Positions 51,101 through 62,725 are shown, counted from the stretch's first letter. The stretch: DNA of 64,000 bases from Sphaerodactylus townsendi (GCF_021028975.2 NC_059428.1:123008001-123072000); one strand, 5' to 3'. Notes: generated from the letters alone by a model not told the origin. Translations and numbers: made by a program.

Positions 51101-51310
51101 TGGTTACAATAGTGTTTTTCACCTGTTCTATTCAATGTTCTGTGTTTATTACATTCCTTCCTTACATTCTTAGCTTGGAGAGTGCTTAACTGGGTCAAGG
51201 AGATTCCCATCCAGAAGACAGGAAGTGATAAATTAGTCCTGCCTCCCTGAACAGCTGGTGGGAATCACCCAAGATCAAGGTGCCCTCCTTATCTCAGAGC
51301 AGTAAGAACC
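48190..51310 (+). mobile_element. Decayed, internally deleted DIRS1-type tyrosine-recombinase retrotransposon
   Basis: ORF1/gag-like VVKAEW..P...K.Y...VPLVD.P...KD..DRK.D at 48610-48948; YR-like VTSARRV.EL.ALS....FH.DKVV..PD..F..KV....I.LPSFCP at 50659-50907. Ends approximate. Confidence 0.8.
49692..50371 (-). mobile_element. LTR-like insert within the DIRS1 remnant
   Basis: TGTA...TACA termini, minus-strand AATAAA (tttatt near 49772), internal ctcacacagagcttt repeats; no TSD seen. Confidence 0.5.
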
Positions 51311-51829
51311 CTCATGGCCAGTATCTAAAGTTCTGTTTCCTAGGAGTGCAGGGCTTTCTCGGTGTGTTCAGTATCTGTACCAAATGTTGCAACCTCCACG
51401 CTTTTTCAGCCTTTTTAATACATATATTAATGTATGTTTATACAGGATAAAGAACCTTGGGCATAATTCCCAAAACTATGGGCTGCACTTGAAACACCTT
51501 CAAATTGAAAAAAAAAATCAATATCTGTCAGATTCCAGCAACACTTCTATTCTACATTTACCGTAAAATATTTATTTTCAAAAAATAAATTTAGTGTTTA
51601 GAATTTAAAACAAATTCTGTTCTCTTTCTTGCTCAAGCTAGCTTACTGGTTGGGTTATTTTTCTCCAACAAAAAATTACACATAATTGTACGAATACGAT
51701 GAACCCAGTATAATAGATACGATTATTTTTTAACTTTGTTTACTATCACAGCTGCCAGTACGTTAGCTGGTAGTTGGCCTTTCATTATGATTCAAACCCC
51801 ACCCAGAGGCCTTAGAAACTTGTAATGTA

Positions 51830-52135
51830 TTGGCATTCTATTTGTTCAGATCCCAGCAGCGCTGCCTCTTTGACAGATGTTGATTTTTTTCAATTTGAAG
51901 GTGTTTCAAGCGCAGCCCATTGTTTTGGGAATGATTCCCAAGGTTCCGATTAGCACTGGGACAACCTCAGCTGGTTTGTGCCATAATCGCTGAATCTCTG
52001 TCTTCAAATCATGATATTTAGTGACCTTCTCATCTTCTTTTTCAATGACCCTGGTGTCATCAGGTATTTCTATGTCGACAATGGTCACTTTCTTGTCCTC
52101 GATCACTGTGATGTCCGGTGTATTATGTACCAATA
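51830..52135 (-). mobile_element. R4/Dong-clade LINE fragment (restriction-like endonuclease domain)
   Basis: HNTPDITVIEDKKVTIVDIEIPDD...EKVTKYHDLKTEIQRLW...VVPVLIGTLG contains the PD..D / K..KY motif of RLE non-LTR elements. Confidence 0.85.
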
Positions 52136-53570
52136 CAATATTGTTGTTATTTCAATTTATTTCGTGTTCTTTACAGTAGTTTCAGGGCAGGTTACAATAA
52201 AAAGCCTGATAAGTACCCAGTTTGTTCAAAAATTCCCAACCCAACCTCCCACAAAGGCAGAGTATATAGGATACCTCAGGGACCCCTCTCCCCATCCCAG
52301 TAGAATATTAGATGAATCTCACACATGGAATAGTTGGTAATTATAAGCTAGGATGAATGTTTTTTTTGATGGACATATGCCCCTAGCTGTAGGTTTCAGA
52401 GGGTGGTTGTGTTGGTGTGCATAGTATAGCTAGATTGGAGCTGTGTAGCATGTTAAGAGACTGATAAGATTGGGGGGGGGGGGCATGAGCTTTTGGGAGA
52501 GTTCTCTGATGAAGGAAGTTTATACCCTGAAAATCCTTTTGGTCTCTGAGGTGCTGCTAGAGTTTAATTCATCTTCAGTAAGTGACCATATCTCATTTTC
52601 TTAGGCTTCTGGAAAGTTCATGGCTGTTCCACAACACTGTATTTTCCACAGCAGTGGCAGAAGGAGAAGAATGAACAAACTACAGTTTCTTTCCAGTTTG
52701 GCGCGTGGAGGAGAATGGCACATTTTTATGATTCTAACAAGTCATGGAAGTTTGAGGAGCAAATGCACACTTCCTGTTTCATCTCTTGACACTTCTGCCC
52801 GTCACCTTCTTATGAGTCCTTGCAAGCTGAATGCTGTTAGTCAGCCATGCAATGCATAACTCCTGGGACTTGAAATTTTTTCCCCTGCCCAGCAGAGCAA
52901 AAATAGGAAGTTTGGCAAGTGACTGGCATCAGTACCAGGTGGGCCACATTTAATTGTGGGGCTCACGGGTTTTCTGGATCTGTGGTAAAAAGGAACCCTT
53001 GGTCATCAATGTGGAACCAAACTTCCTAATATGTTGTAACTGCACACTTGGGATAGTAGGGTGGTGGTGTGTATTTTAGCGGGTGGGTGTTTGTTATAAC
53101 TGTGATAAGGCATTCTTATTTACTTGGGCGGCAGTGACAGATCTCTGAGTAGGACAGAGGTCAGATTGACAGCCCTGAGTTCCCCACAATCCACATCTAG
53201 TCCGGTGGGACCTCACAATGTCCTTGACGCTGTGTCAGAGAGCTTCTTGTCTGTGACAGATGTGAGATCCATCTGTCAGCTGCACGTATGATTGACATAG
53301 GAAAGGATCTTCAAAGTGAGGGTGCCGACGTGTGAAATTTGGCTAACTCTTAAGCTGCAAGATAACTAGGAACTTCCTTGAGAAAAATCTAGTAGAGGAA
53401 GTATAATCAGCCTCTGCCATCTATAAAACTGCCGTACACCTGATATTCTTTGTGCCTATATATACTTCATATAAGTAACGCCAAGTTTAATGTGGCTTGA
53501 TGAATGACAGAGGTTATCTGTGCTTTCTTCCTTACATTTGCTTCTACAAGCCACCTGCTTTTGTGTATAC

Positions 53571-54180
53571 CAGGGGTAGGGAACCTGTGGCTCAAGAGCC
53601 GCGATGCGCGCTTCCTTTCTGTCCTCCTTGCACTGTGGCTCCACTTTAGCCGCTGCCGGCCCATTCGATTCTTTGCCTGCCCTGCAGGTAGCAGCAGGGC
53701 GAAAGCACCACCAACTCGCCCTGTGGATGGCTGGGCACCGCTGGCTTCGGGGTGGGCGCTCGTGGACGGTGAGGGCCGAAGTCACGGCCGCTTCATCCTT
53801 GCTCCGCTCTGGCAAGGCATCAGGGCAAGCGCAACTAATTGCCTCGTGGGCCGCTGGGCAGGTGCCGCTGGCTTCCGCTCTTGCCCACCTTCAGTTTTCC
53901 GGAGAGCTGGGCGGGAGCGCTTTTCCGGTGGCCGGCAAGGCCAGTGCCACTGGTCCTATCTCTTAAAGCTCCTTTGCCTCTGCAGGCAGTAGGGCGGTGC
54001 ATCCATGCGCTTCTAGAATGTGAGTGTGGAGTAAAAGGTTAAAACCCCTAATATATAAGCAGTGTTATCTTTATTCTTAAATGTCGTCAAGTACAATTAT
54101 TTGCGGCTCCAAGTATTTTCTTTTTCCGTGGAAAACGGGTCCAAAATGGCTCTTTGAGTGTTAAAGGTTCCCTACCCCTG
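53571..54180. mobile_element. hAT non-autonomous element, CpG-rich (young)
   Basis: Perfect TIRs caggggtagggaacc / ggttccctacccctg; TSD gtgtatac/gtgtacac. Confidence 0.9.
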
Positions 54181-54312
54181 GTGTACACTGTTCCAATGAG
54201 AGTTTTGATTCTATAGTATGTTAAATGTTTTGTAGCAATTTTTGTAAGCCTGAAAATCCTGAGTTAATTTTAGACCCTTGAACATACTGAGAAAGTTTCT
54301 ACTGGGCTGCTA

Positions 54313-55236
54313 GCCCTATGTTTAGAACTCGGGCAAATATCATATGCCACGATGGCCTGGCTGAGAACTGTCAGATACTGGCTACGTATCCACTATTTGC
54401 AGGATCACTCCAGTTTGTTACACCTCATGCTTTCCGACTATGCAAATTCTGGGTGGCTGAAACTAGTTGAGGGAAAAATCAACACTTTTGGCTTTTCATT
54501 AGAGCCGTTAGTCCCTCTTTTCCCCTACTTCAGCGCGCATATAGCTGCTTGAAAAATCCAATAGAACAAGAGTAACGGGATGGTTAACAGCTATGAAAAC
54601 GTGTTCCCCCCCTGGATCTCTGCTTATTCCAATTGCCAAGGACACATGGCTAATTATTTATGGTGGATCACCAACCCTAAATTAAGAAGAGCTTTAACAC
54701 TGGGCTGATTCAATCTATCGCCTTCTATGCTGCTCTAAGGGCAGATATCGCAACAAATTGATAAACAGAGGAGGCTATGTCCATGCAATATGGGTCAGGT
54801 GGAGACACTCGATCATACCCTCTTTCATTGTGTAAGGTTTGCAAAAATCAGAATGTCACAATCTGCACTTATCCCATTTCTGTATAACAATCTAACTGAC
54901 GCTCTTAAGATACCTATGCTTTTGAACAACATGGATCCCACAGTGTGTGAGAATGTAGCAAAATTTCTAACAATACTTAAGTCTTAGATGAATACCAACC
55001 AATGTCTATGTATTATGACCACATATAGCCAGCAGTAATTTTTCTAGCTTCTGTCAGTATCCGATGACGTTTAAGTGAGATAACTTAGCTGAAGGAATGT
55101 CCTATAGTTACAGAAGGACCATGTATATATTTTAGTATTTAGTATTTTAGTACCAGTGTCTATAATTGTGAGCAATAATGGGCAAATTTTGTATGCTGAT
55201 TTTGTATGTTTATTTTATGCCAATAAAGGCTTGTGA
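54313..55236 (+). mobile_element. Second 5'-truncated RTE-X-like LINE
   Basis: 14-bp TSD ctactgggctgcta (54299-54312, 55237-55250); MAWLRTVRYWLRI and LCPCNMGQVETLDHTLFHC motifs; gccaataaaggctt end. Confidence 0.85.
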
Positions 55237-55612
55237 CTACTGGGCTGCTACTTGTAGTGGGCTAAAAGCAAGCTGAGCTTAAATCCAAAGGTACTTGAAG
55301 AACCGCAGAACCTAATTCGGTCCAACCTGACCAGTGGTAACCTCCATATGGCCGGTCAAAACCAAGTGACCTCCTGCAGTGTAGAACCACTGAAACTGAG
55401 CTCAGCTTGCTCCTGGGCTGCTGGAATGTCCCAGTCTGCCCCTGCTTCTAGAAACATGGGGTACAGAAATTCAGTCGGTGAACCCCCAGCCCTCCTCTGT
55501 TGGAGGAAAGTAGCACCAAATGGATTTCTGGCTGCTGTACAACTGTCAAAGGTGTAGGGCAGGAATTCCCAACCTTTTTGAGCTTGCAGGCAACTTTGGA
55601 ATTCTGATACAG

Positions 55613-55750
55613 AGTAGAAGAAGAAGGGTTTGGATTTACACCCTGCCTTTCTCTCCTTAAGGAGACTCAAGGCAGTTTACAAACTCCTTTCCCTTCCTCT
55701 CCCCACGGCAGACACCTTGTGAGGACTGAGAGAATCCTGAGAGAACTGTA
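55613..55750 (-). mobile_element. Squam3-like SINE 3' half
   Basis: gaagaagaagggtttggatttacaccc...ggagactcaagg. Confidence 0.7.
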
Positions 55751-55779
55751 AAATGGCTGCAATGGGAGATGGAGTCAAC

Positions 55780-56210
55780 CACAAAATGTCGTATCTATTT
55801 TGTATCAGAATGTTTGTTATTTTTGAAGATGTTTATATACTTTTAAACTATTTGCCCATATTTTGGAGGCTAACCAGTGGTCAAGGAAAATGGACCCTTC
55901 ACGACCTTACTGCTGTTAAAAGACTTGTGTTAGAACATTGGCGAGATAAAGGCCCACCTCCTGTAAATCTGTTAGTCTTACAGGACCTTACAACTCTATC
56001 AGTATGTGACCATGTGGCATTCAGGCAACAGTGGACTTATTTTTAGTTATTAAAAACTTTTTATAGAACTTATGCATAAATTTGTCACCATTGCTATTAT
56101 ATTTAGGTCTTAGTTTATATATACCCTTTTGCTCTATTAAATTTAGTTGCTAGATTTCACAATAATATTTTAAATTAACAAAAAACATTGAAAAATAATT
56201 TCTAAAATAA
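55780..56210 (+). mobile_element. L1-clade LINE 3' end (old)
   Basis: LTAVKRLVLEHWRDKGPPP resembles the L1 ORF2 C-terminal A(K/R)..I...W....PP motif; followed by an A-rich tail. Confidence 0.55.
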
Positions 56211-57344
56211 TTTTAAAATAATATGCATAACTAATAGTGATGTTTCAACATTTCAGACAGAAGTTCTGTTTAACAGAAGGCTTTTAAAACTAACATATTG
56301 TTAAAATATTTTGTTGCATACTTTGTAGTTTACCTTCAGACATTCAGAAGATCTTTTTAAAAAATCTGTGCAGCTGATCAGATCACCAGTGACCAATCAG
56401 AAGCCCTGCTAGGCAAAAGCTTCACCTGACTCCTCCCACTTTCTAAACACATTTGGCAAGTACCTGTAATGGTTGGGGGGGGGGGGTCCTTGGCACCTCA
56501 TCAGTGCCACATTGGGAACACAAAGGGAAAGAGTACCAACCTTACACTAGTTGCAGTTCTGCCTTTCTTCAGGAAATGACTGCATGGGTATAAGTGCCAG
56601 GATTCGCTTTTTCTATTCCTGGGTACCAGAGAACACGTAGCTGGAACAGGGTGAATTCTGTTACTTGGGTATACATTTCCCTTCTCTGTTTTCCTGGGGT
56701 TCTCAAAATAGCTCTTCCCTTTCCTCTCTCCATTCACTTCTTTATTTTCTGTTATCTTATGGTTTTTCCCCCGTCCACATCTGAGATATTATTTATGTTT
56801 CCAAGCTTTTCATGTATGGCAAACTAACAAAACAACTAATTGATCTGTTGAAGATGTTTCAGATCCCTCTCCCTCAACCCCCTCCCCCCAGAATTATGGA
56901 CTATATTATTCTTTTTTGATTTCCATAGAACTATTCTTTTAATTCTGTTGCCTTAATATGTAAGGCTTTTGTGAGTGTAGGAAGTAGTCCAGGAGCAGAT
57001 GGTTATTCAAATGAGCTGTGGAAACGAGGGATGCCCAACAGAAGTAATGATGCTGATGGTATTCCCTCTGCTGAATGCCTTAAAATTATTCACAGCTCAG
57101 TACTAAATTCCCCCCAGTGTAGTTTGCAAATAATTTGGACTAATATGATTGTTGAATTTGTTATTCAAATTGGGTCCAGATGCATGTTAGGATGTCTGAT
57201 ACCTTATCAGAAGTAACTAAAATATTGGCCCAGGCTACTCTGATTTCAGAACCAAAGAAGGGTCTAGCGTGGTTACTGTTTGGATGGATGCTTCCAAGTA
57301 CGTCCATGGTGGCTAGGCAAAGGTGTTGGGAGTTCTTTTGTGTG

Positions 57345-57595
57345 TGTATCAAATCACAGCTGACTTATGGTGATCCTGTAGGGTTTTCATGACAAGAGAC
57401 ATTTGGAGGTGGTTTACCATTTCCTGTCTCTGCATTATGACCCTGGTATTCCTTGGAGATCTACCATATTAGTCAGGGTCAAGGTTGAGACTAGTGTGAC
57501 TGGCCCAAGGTCACCCAGCAAGCTTTCATGGCTGCTGTGAGATTTGAACCTGGGTTTCCGAGATCCTAATTTGACACCTTAACCACTACACCACT
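57345..57595 (-). mobile_element. Three-part chimeric SINE: tRNA head + partial 5S-like segment + Sauria tail
   Basis: Minus strand: ggtgtagtggttaagg...ggttcaaatc...gggtgaccttgggcc, then agatctccaaggaataccaggg (5S-like), then aaaccacctccaaatgtctcttg. Confidence 0.55.
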
Positions 57596-57652
57596 CTAAT
57601 ACAATTGATACAATTGTGAGATTGCCCTTTCTTCGCTCCAGGTGCTCAGCTG

Positions 57653-58412
57653 GACCGACTGCTCTCATGGTGCAGGGAAAATAACCTTGCCCCAACACCA
57701 ACCGTTAATGTTTATTCATAGTGGACTATAGAAGGAATAGCTCAGAAATCTGCTCTCCCGATTATAAATGGAGATCGCGGAGCGGTATTAGCTCAACTCC
57801 CGCCGCCATGATTAAAGATGACTGACCTGGGGAGTACAGACCATGGGTGGTTGCCAAGCCCAAAGACTGTACTTTCTGAGACTTTACAGGCCAACAACTA
57901 GACGGGAAAACTTCTGGTGTCCTTACCGCCGGTACATAGAGAAAGGTCCTAACCTACCGTGATCTGTGCATGGTCTCCAGCTGCACAGTGGCTAATAGGA
58001 AGGCCCAAAGGGTAAATCAATACGTACAAAGGATTACCGGCTGCCCTTCCTCCTTGAAGAAATCTCATAATGCCCGAAGTCTCAAATAAAGCCCAAAACA
58101 TATTCTTAAGGGACCATTCCATCCAGCACACCCCTTCTTTAAACTGCTACCATCTGGCAGACCATACAGGGCCTTCAGAATCCAGGACAAGAGGTTTAGA
58201 GGACAGCTTCTACTCTAGAGCTGTGGGCAGGCAACTCCGCTGCTTCATATTGATGTATTTGGGGCTGGTGTAGGATGGTGAGTGATGATGATGCATGAGC
58301 CCGGAAATTGCATGAGTCCGAAATTGCATGAGTCTGAACAAAAAGCACGCAGGAACGCTGCCGTAAAATTCTCGCCAGCGCAGCAATAATGACAATAAAA
58401 TGCTTATGCTTA
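57653..58412 (+). mobile_element. Rex1/Babar-clade LINE 3' end, heavily frameshifted
   Basis: Peptide pieces DRLLSWCRENNLA, IVDYRRN, RLYFLR, and HSHPAHPFFKLLPSGR-like ...RDSFY-like; (atgctt)n tail at ~58399-58412. Confidence 0.8.
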
Positions 58413-59234
58413 TAATTCTCATGCAGGGGTGAGCAATGGCTAACAACTTCTGTTTGTCTCTTGCCTTGAAAATCCCATGGAATTGCTGTAAATCAGCTTC
58501 GATTTGACAAAGCTTTCCACCATCACCAAACTGTTCCTTTCTCCACCTGCCACTTACAGCTGTATATCCTTGAGACCTGTGACTCTGGGGACGCATCCAC
58601 ACTATGGCTTGGGGCTCTGCCCTGTTTACATAGCTTAATGAAATAAGAGATGATGGCTAGGCATTCTGTCTTTGATGTGCCTGTGTTCATCGGTACATAC
58701 TGGGCAGCAGTTCATTGTCACAAATGATACAATTGTGAGATTGCCCTTTCTTCGCTCCAGGTGCTCAGCTGTCTTTGAAATGCCTATGAATCTGACTCAT
58801 CCAGTAAGCCACAGCTGATGTTAAGGGGTTCTGCTGAACGGTCATAGAACCTACACTAATCTCCTCTTTTCTGGGGTTATTCTGACTATTCTAGACATTG
58901 AGATAATGCAGCTGTGCTTTGGAAATGGAGCGTGTTTTTATTGCATACAAAAAAATCTGGTTTGCAAATCTTGTGTTTTCGGATACACTCTCTGCTTTGG
59001 AACACAGTGCCTTTTCCCAGAGGAGAAGGGGCTATGGCTCAGTGGTGGAGTATCTGCTTGGAATGAAGAAGGTCCCAGCTTCAATCTGTGGTATCTCCAG
59101 TTAAAAGGACCGGGTTGTCAGTGAGATGAAAGAGCAGTGCCTGTGACTCTGGAGAGCCTCTGCCAGTTTGAGTATACAAGACTGACCTTGATGAACCAAC
59201 CAATAGTCTGCCTCAGTATAAGGCCACGTCTCTA

Positions 59235-59772
59235 GCGCGGATTCTGCACGGGCGAAGAACAGTGCCCCTGGAACGGTAAAAACACAGTTCCGGGGCGCTG
59301 TTTGCATGGCTGCCACCTCTGAATCGGGGCAGTGCTGTGCTTTTCCTGGCAAAACATTGTTTTCCTGCCTTGCTCAATGAGCGAGCCATTTGGGAAACAG
59401 CATTTCCCTGGCGGCACCGTGTGAACAACACCGGCTTTTTGGTGCTGCTTTTTGGTGCCTCCATTTTGCCCCACACTCACCTTCTCTCCTTGCCAAGCTC
59501 CGCAGGGATGGGGAGGCATGCCCACACTGCCCCTTGACCCCCGGGGGGGGGCGGAGGACAGCGTGGGCGTGCCTCCCCCTCCCTGCAGAGCTTGGCAGGG
59601 AGAGAAGGTGAGTGTGGAAAAAGGAAATGGAGGCACCTCTGTGTGGAGGTGCCTCCATGGGCAGCGACTGCTCTGGGGCTGCTCGCACCTCAATGTGTGA
59701 ATGACCCCGGGGCTCCACAAGCATCATCTGTACTGGTGGAATGCCACTGCCCCAGCCCGTGTGGAATCCACC
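59235..59772. mobile_element. MITE with TIRs and a long internal inverted repeat
   Basis: TIRs ggattctgcacgggc / gcccgtgtggaatcc; internal hairpin at ~59453-59640. Confidence 0.6.
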
Positions 59773-60239
59773 TATGTATGATAGTGGCACCTGGTATGTC
59801 AGCAGATTTAATGGCTGGAAGTAGTCAAAGAAAGATTGTGTGAATTTGTTCATAGGTCAAGAGAAGGAAAGTGCTGCGTCTCGTTCATATATACTAAAAA
59901 AAATAAAATTGTTAAAATGAATTTTGTGAGGAAGTGCTGAGGATTACAGATTTGTGAGGGTGAATTTTCTGACAGGAGTCCCCCTTCTGTTCCTATGTGG
60001 ACTGTGTCTCTAATGGTTTCATGCAGCGATGTGGGCAGAAAACTTTCCCAAATGGGAATTGTTTCCAGAAAATTTTCCTGTGCTGTATTTTTCTGTGCTG
60101 TATTGACATCCCCATGCATGTCAATAAAGTCTGTATATAATGGTCTATAATATTGTTCTGCAAACAAATTCTGCTAAGACTAATTAAACATGAAATATGA
60201 AGCTTTGGCAAACCCCAGTTCTCAAACATGTCCTAGACT

Positions 60240-61638
60240 GGTAATGGTATATTTGCCTTCTTTGATTAACATTATTTAAATATCTAAATTAGTTATTTGA
60301 ATTTTCCAATTCATCGTTTCCTAGAAAACCTGGAAACATCATTTCCAGCAGGGGGCGGGGCAGGGTGGAGCAGGGCTGGAGGGGGTGTGCGGACAGCTCA
60401 TGGCCCAGGCATAGTTCCCCCGCCTTTTGTCACTGACCAGACCTGTCATGAGACCGGGGGGGGGGCTGTTTTTAGGAAACAGTGTCCTTACCTGTCTCCC
60501 CCTTGGAGATGTTTTAGCAGGACAGGCCAAAGATGGACACCAGCTTCTGTATCTATAATGTGGCATCACTAGGGAAGGTATCTGTCTGGGCAGGTTTCTC
60601 CTGTCAGTCACTGGAATGTGAAGCTGTCAGCTACACCTTTCCTGAAGCAATCAGAAAGACAATAACCTAGCCAGCTTAAGAGCTCTCCGCCTTTGGACTG
60701 GAGCACACCTGGTCTACACTTCACAAAGGATATGTGAAAGCCAACGATCTAATGCAATCAAGGTTTCCTTTGGGAAAATTAGTTCTCATAGTTAGAGCAC
60801 CAAATTTTCCTTTAACTAGCCTGCCCACTTTGCAGGCAGTGTTCAGTATTTTTTGGACTGATCTCTAGCCTGGTTATACTAATCCCAGTGCACTGCTTCC
60901 CCTTCTCTTCTTAGAGCTCAACACAAGTGTTAAAATCTGCTTCTTGGACCCTCGCCTCTACAGGGCAAGTAACTATCACCCTTATTGCCCTTACCCTACT
61001 CCAGTGGTGGCAAACCTCTGGCACGTGTCCCAGAGGTGGCACTCAGAGCCCTCTTTGTAGGCACGTGTGCCATCACCCCAGTTTGGGCACTTGGCAGTAG
61101 CATAGCGCCAAGAGGGCAAGGGGTGCGCAACACACTGGGTGTGCACCCCTGTGGGGGCATGGTGAGGGCATTCTGGGAGCATGGCGGGGGTGTTTCGGGG
61201 CATTCTGGGGGCATTCCAGGGGCATGGCGGGGGTGTTTCAGGGCATTCTGGGGGCGTTCCAGGGCAGGACGGGGGTGAACGGGGACGTGGCAGGGGCTCA
61301 GGGTACATGTGTGCCCTGGGCACAATTTCCCTTCTCTCCGCCCCTGGTCTCTAAAAGGTACGCCATCACTGCCCTACTCCAAACTCTATCCTTCTTCCCA
61401 TTTTTATACCTTAGAACTCTCCAGTTCTCGTGTGTGTGCATTTTACGCCAACAGTGTCTGTACGTTTGTTATTTTTACTCTCTTAATAAAACTTACTAAA
61501 CTTTATTTTGGTGTCCTGTGGATTTCTAGGGTAGAAAGACCCTGGTATAAAAAAGTAGAACAACCTAGTTACTCCCTCTCGCAAAGCAAGGTCTGCCCCT
61601 TTCTCATTCCCCAATCAAAAGCGGGACAGACCCTAACA
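60240..61638 (+). mobile_element. LTR-like element (left boundary uncertain) containing a hAT insert
   Basis: AATAAA at ~61485, 3' end ccctaaca, homology to 43117-43290 in opposite orientation. Confidence 0.55.
61002..61371. mobile_element. hAT MITE with GC-rich repetitive interior
   Basis: Exact TSD ccctactc (60994-61001, 61372-61379); TIRs cagtggtggc / gccatcactg. Confidence 0.85.
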
Positions 61639-62337
61639 TTTCAGGTAACACCTAATGATCTTGTGAATTTTGGTTTAGCATGGGGAGCTGCTGTTTTAAA
61701 AGTCAAGGTGGGAAAGCATTTGTATGATGAGGGCTGTTCTTGGGCTGTGTTCATTTGCGTCTGTAGTCTCGTGCATTTGCTCAAATAACATCTGTTACCT
61801 TTTTTGTGATGGCATTTGCAACGTGAATGATGCTCACAGTGTTAAGGTTTCATGTGAAGCTTTATCTGAATGAATGGTTGAGGAGGAGGAAGATACTTTT
61901 GCCCTCTTAAGTATTTTACTAGTGGTTGCAACTAGTTACATCCCCAGCATTATTGACCTTTGTAATGACCTAGACATTTTGGCCCTGGAGATGAACCATA
62001 TCCAGAAACACTATCTGACTAGGATTATCAACCGTGCTTCCTCTTGTCAAAAAATAGATTTAGTTGAGGATATGACATTTGCATAAAGGAACTTCCCTTT
62101 CCCACTTTGTTGGGGAAGGGTAAAGGTTGGCTTCATGTTACTACTTTATTATGATATTGCTTCTAAATTCAATCCTCTCCACGTTTATAGATACTCAGAG
62201 GGAGAATATTATTCTTTTCGATCTAAAAACACGCCTTTGAGAATAAAAAGGAAATGAAAAAACACATATTTTCTCTCATTGTATTAATCTCCTGTTGATC
62301 ATACCTATGATATAATAATACCCCTGCTATAGCAGTC

Positions 62338-62545
62338 TTGGTCTGACTTAGATAGTCTAGGCTAGCCCAGTCTTGTCAGGTCTTGGAAGCTAAGCAGGGA
62401 GGACCCTGATTAGTACTTGGATGGGAGACTCTCAAGGAATCTGTGGTTGTTATGCTGAGGCCAGCAATGGCAAATCACCTCTGTTCATCTCTTACTTTGA
62501 AATCCCCTTGAGGGGTTCTCATGGTTTGGCTGCGATTTGACATCA
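62338..62545 (+). mobile_element. 5S-Sauria-type SINE
   Basis: tcttggaagctaagcaggg...ttagtacttggatgggagac, followed by the Sauria tail. Confidence 0.8.
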
Positions 62546-62594
62546 TTAAAAAAATGACACTCTTCTGTCTTTACCCAGTCTATGTGACATTTAG

Positions 62595-62725
62595 NNNNNN
62601 NNNNNNNNNNNNNNNNNNNNNNNNNNNNNNNNNNNNNNNNNNNNNNNNNNNNNNNNNNNNNNNNNNNNNNNNNNNNNNNNNNNNNNNNNNNNNNNNNNNN
62701 NNNNNNNNNNNNNNNNNNNNNNNNN
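62595..62725. other. Assembly gap (N run)
   Basis: 131 N. Confidence 1.

Noticed and set aside
53456-54042. Several overlapping ORFs as a transposase
   Set aside because: They lie mostly in a 610-bp GC-rich non-autonomous element with no DDE or BED motifs.
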